From the human T2T-CHM13v2.0 reference genome, Homo sapiens: a DNA stretch of 64,000 nucleotides. The notes under the pieces were generated by a model. The model saw only the letters and a program-made list of their open reading frames with translations, made no database searches and was not told the DNA's origin. The DNA is taken from the NCBI RefSeq assembly GCF_009914755.1, contig NC_060928.1; one strand, written 5' to 3'. The position numbers and the translations under genes were made by a program. This document shows, piece by piece, positions 16,812 through 29,787 of this stretch (the first letter of the stretch is position 1; every line of letters starts with the position of its first letter).

Positions 16812-19808
16812 ACCAACATAAATGAAAAACAATTTTAAATCTAAAACACATATCAATTTGCTATCCTTCAATGTTTTATTAGAAATAGAAACTGACCTTG
16901 CCTTATTTCCAATGTGTCTTTCATGTATATTTTCTCAACCCTCTATCCAATAACACACATTAAAGAAATCTTTAAGGAAAGTATATTATCTATCAACACA
17001 TATCAACAAACACAATTCTTTCATTCACTTAGAAATTATTTAAGAATTCTCTATATGACAAAATGGATGCTTGAAAACATTGTAGTAACCAAAAGTTAAA
17101 GATTATCCATCATGGTTAAGACCTAGCAATTCCACTGAACAAGGAGGAGTATTTCCATCCCTTTGTTTTTCCCAAGGAAATAAATGTAATGAAAGTTTAC
17201 AACCTCATTTAATCATGAAATAAGTTGATGTTGTCAAATCAGTTATAGAGCAAAAACTCAATATACACACAGGACAGAACAGTATTCTTTGAAGGGCTGT
17301 ATTTCAAAAAATTTTTTTATACATAAAGTGTTTTTCTTTTGATGTTGAGGTATCGTCTCCTGAAGCTGTGCAAGTTTTAAACAGTGATCCATTTCAATCC
17401 ACCTCTTTCTACTAGAGGAGCAGAAAAAAAGATAGAAGGGAAAAAAATATAGCCACTGGACACTGTAGTTTGTTTTCCTGAAGAGAATGTAGTTCCACCC
17501 ACTTCAGTTCATTTTTCCAAACCATTTAAGACAAATTGTGTCAGACATTGAGCAATACGTTATCCTAACACCATGCCATACAAGAAATTGTTAGAAAATG
17601 TCCTCCATTATTTTCAAAATGCTAAACTGGCTTAGGGGTGTGGAATGTTACCAGAAATGTTACCAATTAGACTGATCTAATAGTTTAAACATCTTTCAAC
17701 CTTAAAAATTTAATAGAAAAAAAAGAAGATGCCATTTTGTATGACTGTCATTTGGTTACATAACATAAATGAGATCATGAGGATTTTAGGTTCCTTGTCT
17801 TATGGTTATATCTTAACTATAAGCCAAGGATGAGTTAATTTCCCTTCTGGTGGTGACACCTATGCATGAAACTAGAAATCTTCCCAGAAGATGGCATCGA
17901 GTCAGGAGAGAAATTAAATTCTCTAATGGGCTGAAAGGGTGCCTACTCCTCATTGATAATGTTTCTTTCAATGTAACACTTCCACTTAGAATAAGCCATT
18001 TCAAAACACGCTACCAACTCTTTACTGTGCAAAGAAATGTTCCATCTAATATGGTTAGGTAAAGTTTGAGCAAGTAGATGAAAAATATTTTCTTTATGGC
18101 AACTATATTTCACAGCTTTCTGAGATCTTAGATTTGGTCTGTGGATATGAGGATGAGACAAACATTTAGAAATGTTAAAAAGAGAAAGAAATCTAAATAT
18201 AGACAAAACTTAAAACCATAAAAATAGAAATTAGTTAATATTACCAAATGTGACAAAATCTTGGCTTTATATTAACTGATAATCTCCATGTACGTTACAT
18301 TCATCATGTAAAAAAAGTCAAAACTACTTAAAAATGCATAACTTTCATGCTTTACAATGATTAGACTGAAAGTGGAGCTTCTTTTATATTCTATCCAATT
18401 ATCCAAAACAAGAGAGAAGTTAGTAAAAGGTCATTTTGACTACTGGAGCCAAATTATTATGATTTGAAGACTACTTAAAAAAATTGTTCAAAACATATGT
18501 GACAAAAACTGAAACTAATATTTTTTCAATATTCTTGGGACTAAAGAAAGAAAAAGAAAAAAGCATTAAAAAGAATGAAAAATACCTGTTTCTCAAACTT
18601 TGTAGGAAATGTTTGACATGGTTGGATCGTAGGAGGAAGGAAAGCTCTCACAACAACTTTGGCACAGATTGTCCCAGTAAGCTCTCCTATATCATCGGGA
18701 GAGGCGATTTTGGCTGATCCCTTCTCAGAACATGTTATTTCTTCAGCAACCCAAGTTTTGGTGGGATGGACATCCCTTTTCCCTCAGGGACAGGATCTCC
18801 CATTCCAAGAATCTCCTATTCCAAAAGAAGTGCTGTGCCTCTGTCATTTTTAAAAGCACCTATATTAACACTTGCTGAAATTCAGTTTATTTATACATAT
18901 TTTTAAAGTCTGTGGTTCTGCATGTTTGCATTTGTAAACCTCTTTCCTACTTGGTCACATGAGAGGCAGTGCTGGAGGCTGAATCGGTCCTCTTCCCATG
19001 TCTTCACTGCCAAGGGCAGCCCAAGGAAAACTGGCGGCAGCAACAGGCTCAACCCCTTCGTATTTCAACCAAAGTGGCCACATGAGCCCACAATACTGGA
19101 AGCTGTAGATCTGCAGTCAGGACTGCAACTCCCTCAAAATACAAGACAAATTGTGTGTGTGCTCTCCGCCACCTTATCTCTTTTTGGCAATAAGCCATGG
19201 TGTAACCCCCTTGAGATGACAAAAGGAATAAAGGTTCAGATGTAATCAAAGGACTCCTGATCAACATGCTAGCATCTGAAGTTGCACAGCAAGCAGGTTT
19301 GGCACACAGTCATGCTTTTTTAGTTAGTTTCAATGGGTGGTGTAGGTATGAGTCAACGCCGACATGAAAGGTGAATGGGAATGTGATAATCAGCTCTAAA
19401 ATCAGTCAGTATAGTACATTTTCATAGCTTTGAGTCCACATTTGGTCACCATTTCATGTAAACTATTTCATGGCACTTTTTGTCCATGCAATTAGCAAGC
19501 CAAAAGAAGGAAAATAGCTAGTACAATCAATCATTCTCTACCACTGATTTGTCCATATAAATACGTATCTTCACATAAGATAAGGAGATACTGATCTATA
19601 TTTTTTGCAGGATTCTCACTGGTTTCACAAATTGCCCAATTTCAGATGTAAGTGGAGTAAAAATGGACATGTATACTACTGCCAGCAGGAAGAAGCAGCC
19701 CTATGTAAACATATCTCAGACTTGTAAAATCTGCAATTCAGTTTTCAACTATAAATATTAAAAATGGACCCTTATATACACAACTTCATGCTTGAAAGGT
19801 TAGATTCA

Positions 19809-19811
19809 TCA
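19809..19811 (-). CDS. COL25A1: COL25A1 stop codon at the start of the terminal exon
   Basis: ttgtctttttctgcag|TGA TGA ATC TAA; strong acceptor in phase 0. Confidence 0.88.
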   Translation of the reverse strand, partial: 

Positions 19812-20589
19812 CTGCAGAAAAAGACAACAAAAAGACAAATACATGGAATTAGTAGTCTCGAATTAAAATTTGAAATCAATATTTATTTTCAGAAAACTGG
19901 TAGAACCTTGAATAGAGTCTATAAGCCAACTGACCGGCTATCAATGAGCCAATTGATTATCTGATATGTGTGCTATATATTACTTTCTAAACTCCAAGAT
20001 GTCATGGCAATTTCCATCTGAGGTTCATTCCACATTTTTCCTTTGCCACTGAGAATTATCTTTCCTTTGCCACTGAGAATTTTAGGGTAAGTGTTTTGCT
20101 CAGTGACTGTTCTGGGAAAGCAGAAAATTAGGATGTTTATCACATATGTACCATAATTAAATTTAATTTTGTATTTGTAACCTACATAATCTTCTGCAAG
20201 CATTACAATACAACTGTGGAAAGGGCTGAGGATTGACCTCGATAATGTTGTTTACGTCACCAACACCTGACTCTAATCCTCTATCTTCAGTTCTTGGCTC
20301 CTCCTTCCTTTTGCAAGCCTTGCCCTCTGTGAATGTTGTGCAAGGTAGACCTGCCTGCTGTCAGGCCTTCAATCTGTATTACAGGTTCCATTGTGACCTA
20401 AGGCACCGCAGATTTCTGGTTTCTCACCAGATTTCTGGTTTCTCACCACAGATTTCTGCTTTCTCATCTCTCTCTCATAGCAGTCATAATAACTAAGGTT
20501 TTCTTAGAACTGCATTAAGTCAGAGGTCTGAGGAACAGAGGTCTTTGAGATATACACTTACAAAGCAGATCTTAGAGACGTCCTTGACA

Positions 20590-21207
20590 TTGGGTGTATC
20601 ACCCTTTTGAACGCTGCTGTGTTTATTAGGCTGTAGGGCACAGTGGCAAATGTTTGCTTGACTTAAAATTCAAATTGTGGCAGTCGTATAAATCACTGAT
20701 TATCAGTAAGCAGAATGTATAGGGAAGGAGAATAACGGAGGTCTCTTCATTCACCCTCCACAATGCATGGAGTCATCTTTAAGTTTATTTATTAACATTT
20801 GTTTTTCTCTATTCAAGGAATATAGATGCTCTACTAGGTGTGCTTTGGAGGCTGCTTTCTAATCTTCAGAGAAGGAGTTCACTCAATATTCTTGCCTGTC
20901 ATGCCAATGCCAAAAAATGTGTCTATAGGAAGCACTCCTTTTTCCAAACCCTCACTTATCTCTCTTAACTCTTCTTGTGTTGGTAAATTTAGAAAATGGA
21001 ACTATATCTAGAAAGAAAACTAATTTAAAAAAAGATCAAATAGTTTTGCATATATAAATCATTGAGAGGAGCATGACCAAGAGGAGTTGGTAATTAATCA
21101 GTGATTTATACGACTGCCACAATTTGAATTTTAAGTCAAGCAAACATTTGCCACTGTGCCCTACAGCCTAATAAACACAGCAGTGTTCAAAAGGGTGATA
21201 CACCCAA
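20590..21207. repeat. 113-bp inverted repeat (arms 20590-20702 and 21095-21207), 1 mismatch, 392-bp spacer
   Basis: Manual reverse-complement alignment, 112/113 matches. Confidence 0.97.
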
Positions 21208-23277
21208 AAATAGGACTCACTAAAAGCAATCCGCTGACTTTATTTTAAAAATATAATTTAAAAATAGTTTTATTTGACTATTCAATGTAACAGCTAAGTT
21301 GACCACATAAGAAATTTGAGAACGTTTTCATTTTCTAAATTGTTTCTTTCCTTTCTGGGGATGGGTGGGAGAGGTTGATCAGAATGATTTGCATTTGTGT
21401 GTGTTGGGTGGGTGTGGTAAACAATACTAAACTTTCATAATTCTTATTCTTTATATAAGAAGATGCTGGATTCATAAGATCTTTAATCTTATGTAGTGTA
21501 TAGTGTCTATTCTGTGGAAAAAGGAGTATTTAAAAGGAAAATTTCTGATTTTCTAATCGTATTCATATTACTACCAGTAATATGAATTTCATGAACCATT
21601 TCATGAACCAAAAAGATGATGCCCATTTCATGAACCAAAAAGATGATGAGTTCTTTGTTGCCATTTAAGGGTATAAACCCCTTTTAAAAAGGCAGCGATT
21701 CAGATTATAAACCCCTTTAAAAAGGCAGCAATTCAGAGGTGGCTAAGAACGATTGTGAACCCAAGTTCTGAGTGGTGTCAGAAGGCTGGCTAAAGCAAGC
21801 CTATTGCATCTCCTCTATGTGAAGTGTTCTAATGGCTGGTTTAAAAAATCATTATACTATTAGATTACAGGGCAAAGGTTAGAGAGTAAGTGGTAATTCC
21901 AGCTCAAGATGGTATTAAAAATTCTGTGAACGGGGGTTATGATAGTGGAGGGATAGTTTTCTCAGGTGAAGAAGAATATGATGATAGGTCCATTTTCATG
22001 AGACCCATTTGACCCTGTGTGTGATCAAGCTAATTATCTGACAGGCTGAAAGCGGAGTATGGGAAGCTACTAAATAAATGACGCTACTTAGAGAGGTTTT
22101 ACTTTCTCTGGTCAAGTAGGTGAAACTGATTAAGAAAGAGAGTGAGTTATTCAGGGTTTTCTCACCAATGGAGTTGCTAAGGTAAGAGGCAACTAGGAGT
22201 CAGGTTTCCCATCTTTCTGCATTGCTACATAGTTTTGCTATAATTTTGCTAATGAAGCATGCCTGTCCAAAATTACTGAAGAAGCCACAAGGTGCTGGAG
22301 AAAAAATTTCAAAGTGATTGAAGCATCTTGTGCATTTCCTCAGCTCATTTTTACATGCTTGGAATGCTTTTATCCTTCAGTAGCATGTGCACAGCCTTTA
22401 TAATTAGATCTTCACCATTATTGCATAAAGGTTTGATATTCTCTGAATAGCACAGCACATATGGATGATCTCTTCCCTGCTTACAGTTTTACTGTTGCTT
22501 TCCATTGTCTCTCTCTCTCCCTCTCCTAGTTGTGATACATACTAGTTCTGTGCTCTTGGAAGGTCCTTGACCTCTCGAATTTGTTTCCTCATCTGCATCA
22601 CTGAGGGTAATAAGACTTTATGGAGTCATTGTGTGGATTAAATGAAATGATATTCTCTATATGAAAAGGCTTGTCATACAGCCTTTGCACATAGAAGGTT
22701 CTCTATAAAGAATAAACTTCTTTCATCACTGAATACACACACAGTGACTATGGGCAGTCATATGAAGAGGCTAGAATAAACTGATGTCATAAAGGACACC
22801 ACTTAAATTTAATTCAGTTTTTCCTACATAAGTCAAGACATCATTAAACAAATGATGCTTATATTTTTCTGCTTTCTCAGCTCTGTGACTAATATTGACA
22901 GGGTTCTACCATGTATTATCATGTTTGTCAGTGTAAGTAAGGATAAATAGAAAAAGAATCACAATTAAGAATAGTTTTAAACATTAGGAAGACAAAGATT
23001 TTGAGAGACAAGCAAAACATTATCAGGATGCACTGCCCCTTTCCATTCCAAAGAAAAGATTAGATAGGGAAGGTTCCAAATTGCAGTGTTTGCTAAGAAT
23101 TGCATTAGCTGATCAGTTTAGGAAGAAATCAGCAGTAAATATACTGATCAAAAGATATTCTGGAGATGAAATCTTTTGCTTTTTAATATCCGAAGGTCTT
23201 TTCTGAATGGAAAAGGCTAGTCCAGGTTAAGAGAAAGGGAGAGTGCTTCTTTTGAGAAATTATTCAGTAAAGCCTAC

Positions 23278-23316
23278 CTTTTGCCAACAGCCAGGCATGG
23301 GTAAGCCATCTGGCCC
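23278..23316 (-). CDS. COL25A1: COL25A1 exon 39 nt, NC4 end GPDGLPMPGCWQK
   Basis: aaaacag|GGG...AAG|gtaggc; MACIT NC4 signature. Confidence 0.96.
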
Positions 23317-25130
23317 CTGTTTTAAAGAGAAGAAAAAGAATTCCTCAGGTTCCATAAGAGTGATTAAACTTCATAATTCACATGCTCAGAGGCTTAAAAA
23401 TAAATTTCTACCCATTAGTGACTTTGGTCATGGGCATCTTTTACTAATTAGCAACTCCCGATATATTTCCCAGTGTTAGGTAAAATAAAGAAAATTCAAA
23501 TGTTTTCCAGAGTGAGTACACATTTTGAAAACACATGAAGTATAGAAAATGTTATGCCTAATTTTGAAAAAGCAATTTACAAAGCATAGTGCTCTATTCA
23601 TATCTATATTTTTAGATAATAAATCTATACTCTTAATTCCATTAAAACACATCTCACTGGTATCTCTATTACGTAAACCAAAATAACTTCTCTTCCCGGT
23701 CACTATTAGACTATGGCTGAATTCATGATAATGATGAATAATCAATGATAAACCATTTCTATCTGAAGTTTATAGCTCTTCACATGCCAGTATTTTTCAC
23801 TTTTCTATATTGAAAGTAAATACAGTAGAACATACTCAATTGAATTAGAGGACAGGCAGCCTATCTATATTTTTATGATAAAATATTATCTACAGCATTT
23901 ATCGATTTCTCTATTTAAATTATTCAAAAGTTAACAAATTCTGAATAAAATAAGAGGTTCCTAAGTGTTGCAAAATTTATTTTAAAGTGTATGCATTCTT
24001 CAGATACAAATGACACAAATAACGCAGGAAGAGTTGGTACATCAAGAAGGCATGCTTCTACTTTTCCACCAACAAAATGATCATAAAATATGATTTATCA
24101 TCAATACCAAGCAAACAAAGAACTGGGAACTTCATATTGAGATTTTCTAACTATAATCACTGACTGCTTAATTTTTTAAAATATAAATACAGTCTCTTAA
24201 AGAGAAATATAAATTTATCTTTAAAGAATCATGCTTATACCTGAAGAATAATATAAGAACATGCAGACCAATATAACCATCAACGCAAACATAAAAATTT
24301 TTATTTATACCTCAGAAAATATGAATATACTTTCATTTTAAATGTAAAAAAAGAACACTTTTAAAAAGCTTCATAAATATTTGGGAAAAACTGGTAATGC
24401 CAGATTGGTACAAGGAGAAGGTTCAACCAGCAGAATTTTAGATTTTAGTATCAGGAGGATTTTGAGTTCATGCCAATGGAGATAAGGGAGTTTGGTCTAC
24501 TTTAGGAAAGTGAGTTTCAAAAGGAGAGACCATTAAACTGAAAAGGTTATGTGGCAAAGAAGAAGGTTGGGGCTGCAGACTTTTATCATCTTTAGAAGCT
24601 CAGAGAAGTTTGGTCTTCTTCTTTGTGGTCTCTTAAAGCATTCTCTTGAATTGGTTAACACTTGACGACAGAAGCTGAATTCCGTAGGTTGGGCCTTATT
24701 TATAGCCTGATTGAAATATAGCGAAAAAGGCGGAAATACCTTTTTTTTTTTAGAGAAAAAGAAAAAAAGTCAAACTTAGGTGGAAAACCAAAAGTTATGG
24801 TCTAGCACTGTCTTTGCATCAAATATTTTCACATAATTTTAATGTAATCTTTAAATATTTATTGAAAAAATTAATATCCCAAAGAACACAGAAAAGGTGG
24901 TCATGTCAGTTGTGAGAACAACATCAGGAGATTAATTTGCATTCATTGATAGAAACGCGTGCTTGCTCTCTGACTCTGCACAGTGGCAGAAGGAGCCTGT
25001 TCATGCACATGCATGTAGTGTGTTTATCATGTAAAGCTTGCCCAGAAAGCACCACTTTACACTGATAGAGATGAACATGTGATAAACAAAGGAACTGCAT
25101 GCAGGGTGGTAGGAAAGAGAAATACTGTAC

Positions 25131-25208
25131 CAATTGGCAAGGGGCATCCAGCCCATCCAGGCCAGGCTGGCCTGGCTCCCCTTTTTCCCCCTTAACGCCA
25201 CGGAATCC
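25131..25208 (-). CDS. COL25A1: COL25A1 alternative penultimate exon B, 78 nt GFRGVKGEKGEPGQPGLDGLDAPCQL
   Basis: aaacag|GGA...TTG|gtacag; matches the recalled canonical isoform. Confidence 0.94.
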
Positions 25209-25690
25209 CTGTTTGTAAAGATTAACTCATAATGTTACTAACACAAGAAATCACTTAAGCACAAATTCTGCGAAAGAAGTAACTACAACAACAAAGGCTG
25301 GGAGAGGAGCAACTCTGAAGGGAAAAGTAACATCCAGTGAAGTTGGGCAAAGTAAAATGGAGGGAGACATATTCCTACAACAGGGGCTTGTCTGAAAACA
25401 GTGGCCTCCTCTTTTGAAGGGTATGGAATCGTGCCAGTTCCTTTCGGATCTTACATTCAGGTTCCAATTGTGCCGTGATATTTGGGGGTTAAGAAACCAG
25501 GCAGAGCTAGTGGCCCAAGACGAGATGTGGAACGTATCAGGATAACTGATAAATGTTTCTGGGTATCTTGAAGTCCATGTTAAATGAGCCCAATCAGAAA
25601 CCCTCCTGTTACGGATCCCTCCGGCTTGCTCTTCTCCCATCTGATCCCCTCACACAAACATCTGGAGACAGTTCCACAAGTCAGACATAC

Positions 25691-25777
25691 CAACGGGCAG
25701 GGTGCATCTAATCCAGGAGCACCCTGTTCTCCTTTCTCCCCTTTAGGCCCCTTTTTGCCTTTCTTTCCCTTTTCCCC
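25691..25777 (-). CDS. COL25A1: COL25A1 alternative penultimate exon A, 87 nt [29 protein letters not shown]
   Basis: ccacag|GGG...TTG|gtatgt. Confidence 0.9.
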
Positions 25778-27884
25778 CTGTGGATACAAGGGTTTAAATA
25801 AAAGACAGATTTTATTTGGGGGAAAATAACGGTAATTCAAAAGATGGTTTAGGTAAGAAAATTCTGGAAGGGCATTTACCACTGTTTTCTGATTTAGGTA
25901 AGGCATGATATTATAACAGCTAACATATTTTCAGAGTGACAATGGATTCTGGGCAGGGGCATGTGGGATTTTATTTAAGATACTCAACAAGACAGAAGAA
26001 GGAGGCTTAAAAGCTGATACATCAGAAGTGCTAACTTAGACCACAATGTCACGATCATGAATTAGGTGTCTGAGTCACAGATCCTGTGAGGATGACAGGT
26101 ACCAAAACCATTGAAGCCAGCCAGTGGCAGATGAAGTTCAGGGAAATAATGGATACTTCACTCAATTTTCAATACCTGTCACCTTGCTTTTTTCTAATCC
26201 TGTAACGGATGAAAGCTGCATTGAACCAGAGGAAAAGGAAAGAATATGAACAGTGTCTATTTCTTTGAAATGTATCCAACTTTATGATTGATATTACTTG
26301 TGTAACTCTCATTCAAAAATATTCAATATCTTAAAATATGCTTCTATATCTTTTAATATTTTTTACATCCTTTTGTTACGGCAAAACTTTTTTTAAAAGA
26401 AACTAAAAGCAAATACTTTCCTTATTAAGTCAGGTAAACAAATGTTAAAAGTGCTAATACTTTGCAGCAATGCCAACTGGAGAAACAGACTTATTTATAA
26501 ACCTAGGGATCTTCTTTAATTCACTCTCTTACTGATCTCATGCCATGTATTTACAATGGTAAATGAGTTTCCAGCTTACTCACAATGTAACAAAAGCCAA
26601 AAAAAAAAAAAATCTGTTCAGGAGAGGAAAAGCAGCTTGGACTCAGTAAAAATGAGGTAGGCAGGATAATTACATAGTGGGAATGTAGCTATGGAAATTA
26701 GTATTTAGGAATCAAGGTAAAGGTTGTGGGAAATCTGCATGGATCATAAGGCCAGAGGAATTAAGGAAAGGAGGCAAAAGGAGGAGTAGGAAGGAATGCA
26801 CCTCAGCTGTTTTATATTAACATCAGTATCTCTGCATATTTATAGACAGGGAGTTAGTGCCGTGCAGAACTCAAAATACTATACAATACATACTTAAATA
26901 AATGTATTCATTCTGCAATCAGGATGGGAGTTACAATAAAACTGAATAATGTCTGAAGCAAAGCAACATGAATATTGAAAGGTTAAAAGAGATATACATA
27001 ACAGAAATATATGAGATGTGCATTCAAATCAATACATTCATTCTGACAGCATGAGCAAAAGCTCTTCATTTATCTCCTGTGTGCCAAAAAGATTGCATCA
27101 GAAGGCTCAGAATCAAAAACACTTGGATTTCTTGAATATGGGGCAAAGAGACATTCTCTGTGGCTTAGTTGATCATGATCAAAGACAATGATGACCCCAG
27201 AAGTCAGGGTGAAATGAGAGCAGTTGTGATAGGAAGTAAGATGGGAAGAACATTCAGGAGTAAGTTGATCACTCACTCAAGATGGATCAACATTCTTCCT
27301 TAACAAATCACTTCAGTACCATGACATAAAACTGATGTAAACTCATTTGGGTGAGCTCTTCCATCCCAAAGGGCAGTGGACTCTTCTTCACATAGGTGTG
27401 TCTGAGACCAGGTGTCTTGGGTATTATCACTTTGGAATTCAATTCATTATTTGATTGGTAAATCAACTCAGATTAACCACTCAACAGAAAAATGTCATAT
27501 GAATGTTACTGTGCCAGGCTATAGGAATCATTTTTCAGTAATATTTTAGTGAGCCTCAAGCTTTATGGGAAAGAAACACTACAGTATGAAGAATAACATG
27601 CCAATGTTATTATTAGTCAGCATTGTTTTGTAATATGCACTGATTCCCCATGCAATACAAAACCATGTCATTGTGGGTATGAGTACATGAGAGCTCTTGA
27701 TAACTTTTATTTCCCATGTCAAAGAATTATATACATGAATTATTCGCATTTAGAACCAATTTTTGTAAATTTAAAACTTCTAATCATGGAAGCTGAACAT
27801 GGAAATATTTTGTATGGGTGATTAACATTATTCTGAGGATCAAGTTTCTAGCTTTTATGCTTTCCTATGCTGTAATGCTGGTAA

Positions 27885-28238
<354 letters not shown>

Positions 28239-28319
28239 TAATATGTTTTTGAGTGATTAAGATTTTAGACTCATACAACCAACTAGGTAAATATAAAATG
28301 CATATATATATGTTTTTGA

Positions 28320-28618
28320 GTTTTTTTAGAGATAGAGTCTTGTTCTGTCACCCAGGCTAAAGTACAGTGGTATGAGCATAGCTCACTGCAGCCTCAAACT
28401 CTTGAGTTCAAGTGATCTTCCCACCTCAGCCTCTGGAGTAGCTGGGACTACAGGTACATGCCACCATGCCCCACCATATTTTTTTATTTTTTAGTAGAGA
28501 TGGGGGTCTCACTAGAGATGGGTTGCCCAGACTAGTGTTGAACTCTGGGCCTTAAGCAGTCCTCCCACCTTGGACTCTCAAAGCACTGGGATTATAGGCA
28601 TGAACCACTGCACCCAGC
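28320..28618 (-). mobile_element. AluJ
   Basis: atagctcactgcagcctcaaactc. Confidence 0.88.
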
Positions 28619-29787
28619 TACATATCATCTTTAAAACACACTCATCTTGGGCTAAAAGCTTATATGCACAATTTATCTCAAAACGTATGTATTTTATAGT
28701 CAGAATTTATAATTCAGAATAAAAGAATTTTTTATACTTCAGTTTCCTTGTTTGTGAAGTGGGGAAAATAATGCCAACTTCGGGGGTTGTTATGAGGATT
28801 AAAAGACTTATCATATGTATAGCTCTTGGGAAAGCACATAATGCTCAGTAAATGTGATGATACTGGTGATGATGATGGGGCTTTCAGATAACCACTTACA
28901 CGGGCTCTCTTACCAATGGGTGGGAGGAGAGTCTAAGCAATGCTTAAGGCCTAAAACTTACACCACAAGCTTAATAATCTTCTTTCTTTCACAACTCTCA
29001 TTTAGCCTTGCTTGTCAACAGCTATGAATGTCACTGTTCAAGAGAATTCATAAGGTTAAATAGAGCAGGGACATAAATTAACCTGAGAAATATAAGGTTT
29101 AAATTTGTACTGTGAAATGTAGTTTCAGCCACTTTAAGATTTCCACTGTTCTATTGAGGGATTGAGTTTTTGATGGCTTCTTTTGTTGTGTCCAGTGTAA
29201 ACAATTCTCCTTAGATTTACTACCAGGTAAAAGACCCAAGCAAAATACTGAGAAAGGGGTGGTAGGGGAAGACAGAGATAGAGAAGGATGGAGGGAGGGA
29301 GGGAAGGAGAGAAAAGAAACAGAGGAGAGTAAAGAAGGGAAAGGAGGAGAAAAGAACAAAGGAGAGGAAAGGAAAAATTGACTTTTAAAATCCATAATCC
29401 AAACTTTTCTTTCAAGTCATAAAACCATATTGCCTGACATGGGCTCCTAAAGACCATGGAGCTGATGGTTCTGAGATAGAACTTCAACATCAACCTCATA
29501 AAATACACCAATATCTCTGTTTTAAAAATCTCTGTTGCTCTGAATCTGAAAGTGGCAAGTCCTAGTCCTGCGTAGTGAACTTACTGTAGTTTATCAGTCA
29601 CACTGCTTCTCCTCCATTTTCATATAAAAAATATCAACGTACAAAACATATCTCCATTTCTCTACTGGGAAGTAGTGAAGACAAGTGAGATGCTGCCTTT
29701 GCAGGGTTCAATGAGCTCTGCCAAATACTACTGCAGATTTGTGTCATTTAATTTTACTTTTTAAAATGATTTTTTTTTCAAAAATCC

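Larger units (their letters stand above)
14610..19808 (-). other. COL25A1: COL25A1 long 3'UTR (~5.2 kb, Alu-free, AU-rich)
   Basis: TE-poor AU-rich stretch from the stop codon to a TATAAA (14633-14638) followed by a U-rich element. Internal AATAAA at 18886-18891, 16875-16880 and 15516-15521. The 3' end is inferred. Confidence 0.7.

Noticed and set aside
18922-19267. 107-aa (+) and 72-aa (-) ORFs in a GC-richer part of the 3'UTR, with a small tgcagtc/gactgca hairpin
   Set aside because: No recognisable protein features; the 7-bp stem is expected by chance
20590-21207. Inverted repeat as a MITE/DNA transposon
   Set aside because: No TA or 8-bp TSD, arms far more identical than extinct human DNA transposons would be, and no TIR recognised (a Dfam search is still needed)
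20037-21737. Short direct repeats considered as a CRISPR-like or repeat-spacer array
   Set aside because: Each repeat has a different sequence, is adjacent to its copy and occurs only 2-3 times; eukaryotic intron
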